Positions 24,702 to 25,746 of a DNA stretch of 25,746 nucleotides are shown here, piece after piece. The notes beneath the pieces are model-generated. The model ran no database searches, had not been told where the DNA came from, and saw only the letters and a program-made list of their open reading frames with translations. The DNA is from a virus (lineage: Duplodnaviria > Caudoviricetes), in the IMG/VR virus record IMGVR_UViG_3300042300_000117, positions 1 to 25,746 of that record. One strand, written 5' to 3'. Position 1 is the first letter of the stretch, and every line of letters starts with the position of its first letter. The position numbers and the translations under genes were made by a program.

Positions 24702-25491
24702 GGATGGTGTACCCGTAGTGCCGTGCAAACAGGTCGTAGGCCACATTCTCACCCATGATTTGAGATTGCTGTTCCTTAGTCAATTTCCAAAGCATCTCGC
24801 CGTTAGAGAGCAGTTGTCTAAATCGGCTGTGGTGTCCAAATATCTTGGCTATATCCATGCCTTCATGGGGCTGACCAAAGTGTTCAAAGGCAAAGGTTTT
24901 GGCAAGCTCATCTGGCGCATACTTTATGCCAATCTTTTCCATAGCAGGTCGCAAGAAGCAGGTGAGTTGTACGTCTTCATTCATCAACATAGGATCAGGC
25001 ATTTGGCGGCGCATGATGCCGTACTTGGAGGGCGCTTCCAAGAAGGCTTTAGAGCGCAGGGAGAAGCCACCGTTTTGCACTACCAGTGCGTCGCCCTTCT
25101 CTACCCAGTTGTACATGGTATGAAACTCGCCATTGGGCAGCAAAGCGGCATGGGTTGGGCCACCAACGTAATCGTAGTTGAACCAGTCATCGTTCCAGTT
25201 CTCACCATTTAGCGCCCATCCATCGTGTTGCACGATAAGCGCGTATTTGGTGTCAATGTAGTTATGCAGGGAATACATAACAAACTCGCTATACCCGTGG
25301 TAGTCCAAGGGGGCTGAAAGAATCATTTGCGGGATGCCGCTGATGTCTAGCTCCACGTTGGTAATTAAAAGGGTACGAGCGCCGGGGAGGGCTTCCAACG
25401 TCTTTTTAATAGCAGGTACGGCAACTCTGCCGCGTCCATCGCCGTAGATGGCAACAATAGTAATGTCTTCAAACTTTGTAGAAGCGTACAT
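24691..25491 (-). CDS. DUF5672 family, glycosyltransferase-like protein
   Basis: 266 aa; YS.F....L..YIDT.YALIVQHDGW......W...W..YDYVG.P, NGGFSLRSK.FL, NEDV, AP..LA..FAFE and FG.H match this family as I know it. Confidence 0.75.
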   Translation of the reverse strand: MYASTKFEDITIVAIYGDGRGRVAVPAIKKTLEALPGARTLLITNVELDISGIPQMILSAPLDYHGYSEFVMYSLHNYIDTKYALIVQHDGWALNGENWNDDWFNYDYVGGPTHAALLPNGEFHTMYNWVEKGDALVVQNGGFSLRSKAFLEAPSKYGIMRRQMPDPMLMNEDVQLTCFLRPAMEKIGIKYAPDELAKTFAFEHFGQPHEGMDIAKIFGHHSRFRQLLSNGEMLWKLTKEQQSQIMGENVAYDLFARHYGYTIHAV

Positions 25492-25675
25492 AGTCTTGTC
25501 CTAGTGGTGTTTTATAGAGTTCTTTTAATGCGGTCTTATAGATGGCATAGTTCTTGTCATCAGGGGGCAAAGACTCCCACAGCCGCATACAAGCGCGGCA
25601 GTAAATATCACCCCCATCCGTTGCAAACTTCGCCAATTCTTTCCCAAGTTTCTTGACATCGAGGTTAGGACTCAT
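25469..25675 (-). CDS. Hypothetical protein
   Basis: 68 aa with CxxC; ATGA overlap with the upstream partial gene. Confidence 0.6.
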   Translation of the reverse strand: MSPNLDVKKLGKELAKFATDGGDIYCRACMRLWESLPPDDKNYAIYKTALKELYKTPLGQDYVRFYKV

Positions 25676-25746
25676 TTGCCATCATCTTGATCGGCGCTAT
25701 TTAATCGTTCAATCTCGGCTTGCAGTTCCATAATCATTCTTGCTGA
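25672..25746 (-). CDS. C-terminal end of a hypothetical protein (partial)
   Basis: Open frame from the right edge, SARMIMELQAEIERLNSADQDDGK*, with the TGA overlapping the next ATG. Confidence 0.55.
   Translation of the reverse strand, partial: SARMIMELQAEIERLNSADQDDGK

Noticed and set aside
24702-24752. Longer terminase N-terminus given by the ORF track
   Set aside because: It would overlap the upstream gene by about 60 nt; the ATG at 24701 gives a short overlap in keeping with the rest of the operon.
7-25212. All plus-strand ORFs in the track (for example 10129..10650, 18563..19090, 20376..20963, 24685..25212) and the nested alternative-frame minus ORFs
   Set aside because: They overlap well-supported, coupled minus-strand genes and show no recognisable motifs; treated as shadow ORFs.
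1-25746. CRISPR array, tRNA, intron/intein or stop-codon reassignment
   Set aside because: Non-coding space is minimal (largest gap about 90 bp), no spaced repeats or cloverleaf were seen, terminase, portal and capsid are uninterrupted and of ordinary size, and TAA, TGA and TAG all terminate genes.

Overview
This window is the late (virion morphogenesis) region of a tailed dsDNA bacteriophage with podovirus-type architecture. All credible genes lie on the minus strand and most are tightly packed, often with ATGA/TAATG overlaps. In transcription order (right to left): a DUF5672 glycosyltransferase-like gene, terminase large subunit, HTH and zinc-ribbon genes, portal, a terminator plus promoter, scaffold, major capsid protein, two probable decoration proteins, head-tail adaptor, nozzle, an S74-chaperone tail fibre with accessory genes, four large probable internal (ejection) proteins, small basic or membrane proteins, and the start of a holin at the left edge. 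No tape measure, sheath, tRNA, CRISPR array or mobile element was seen. The standout is an acyl carrier protein (DSL Ser42), a FabB/FabF-type ketosynthase with an intact Cys-His-His triad and a possible GNAT-like acyltransferase. They form a coupled block between the tail genes and the first ejection protein, which has an amphipathic/hydrophobic N-terminus. I infer this may be a phage-encoded system that lipidates a virion ejection protein. All family calls come from motif recognition by eye and gene order; no database searches were run.
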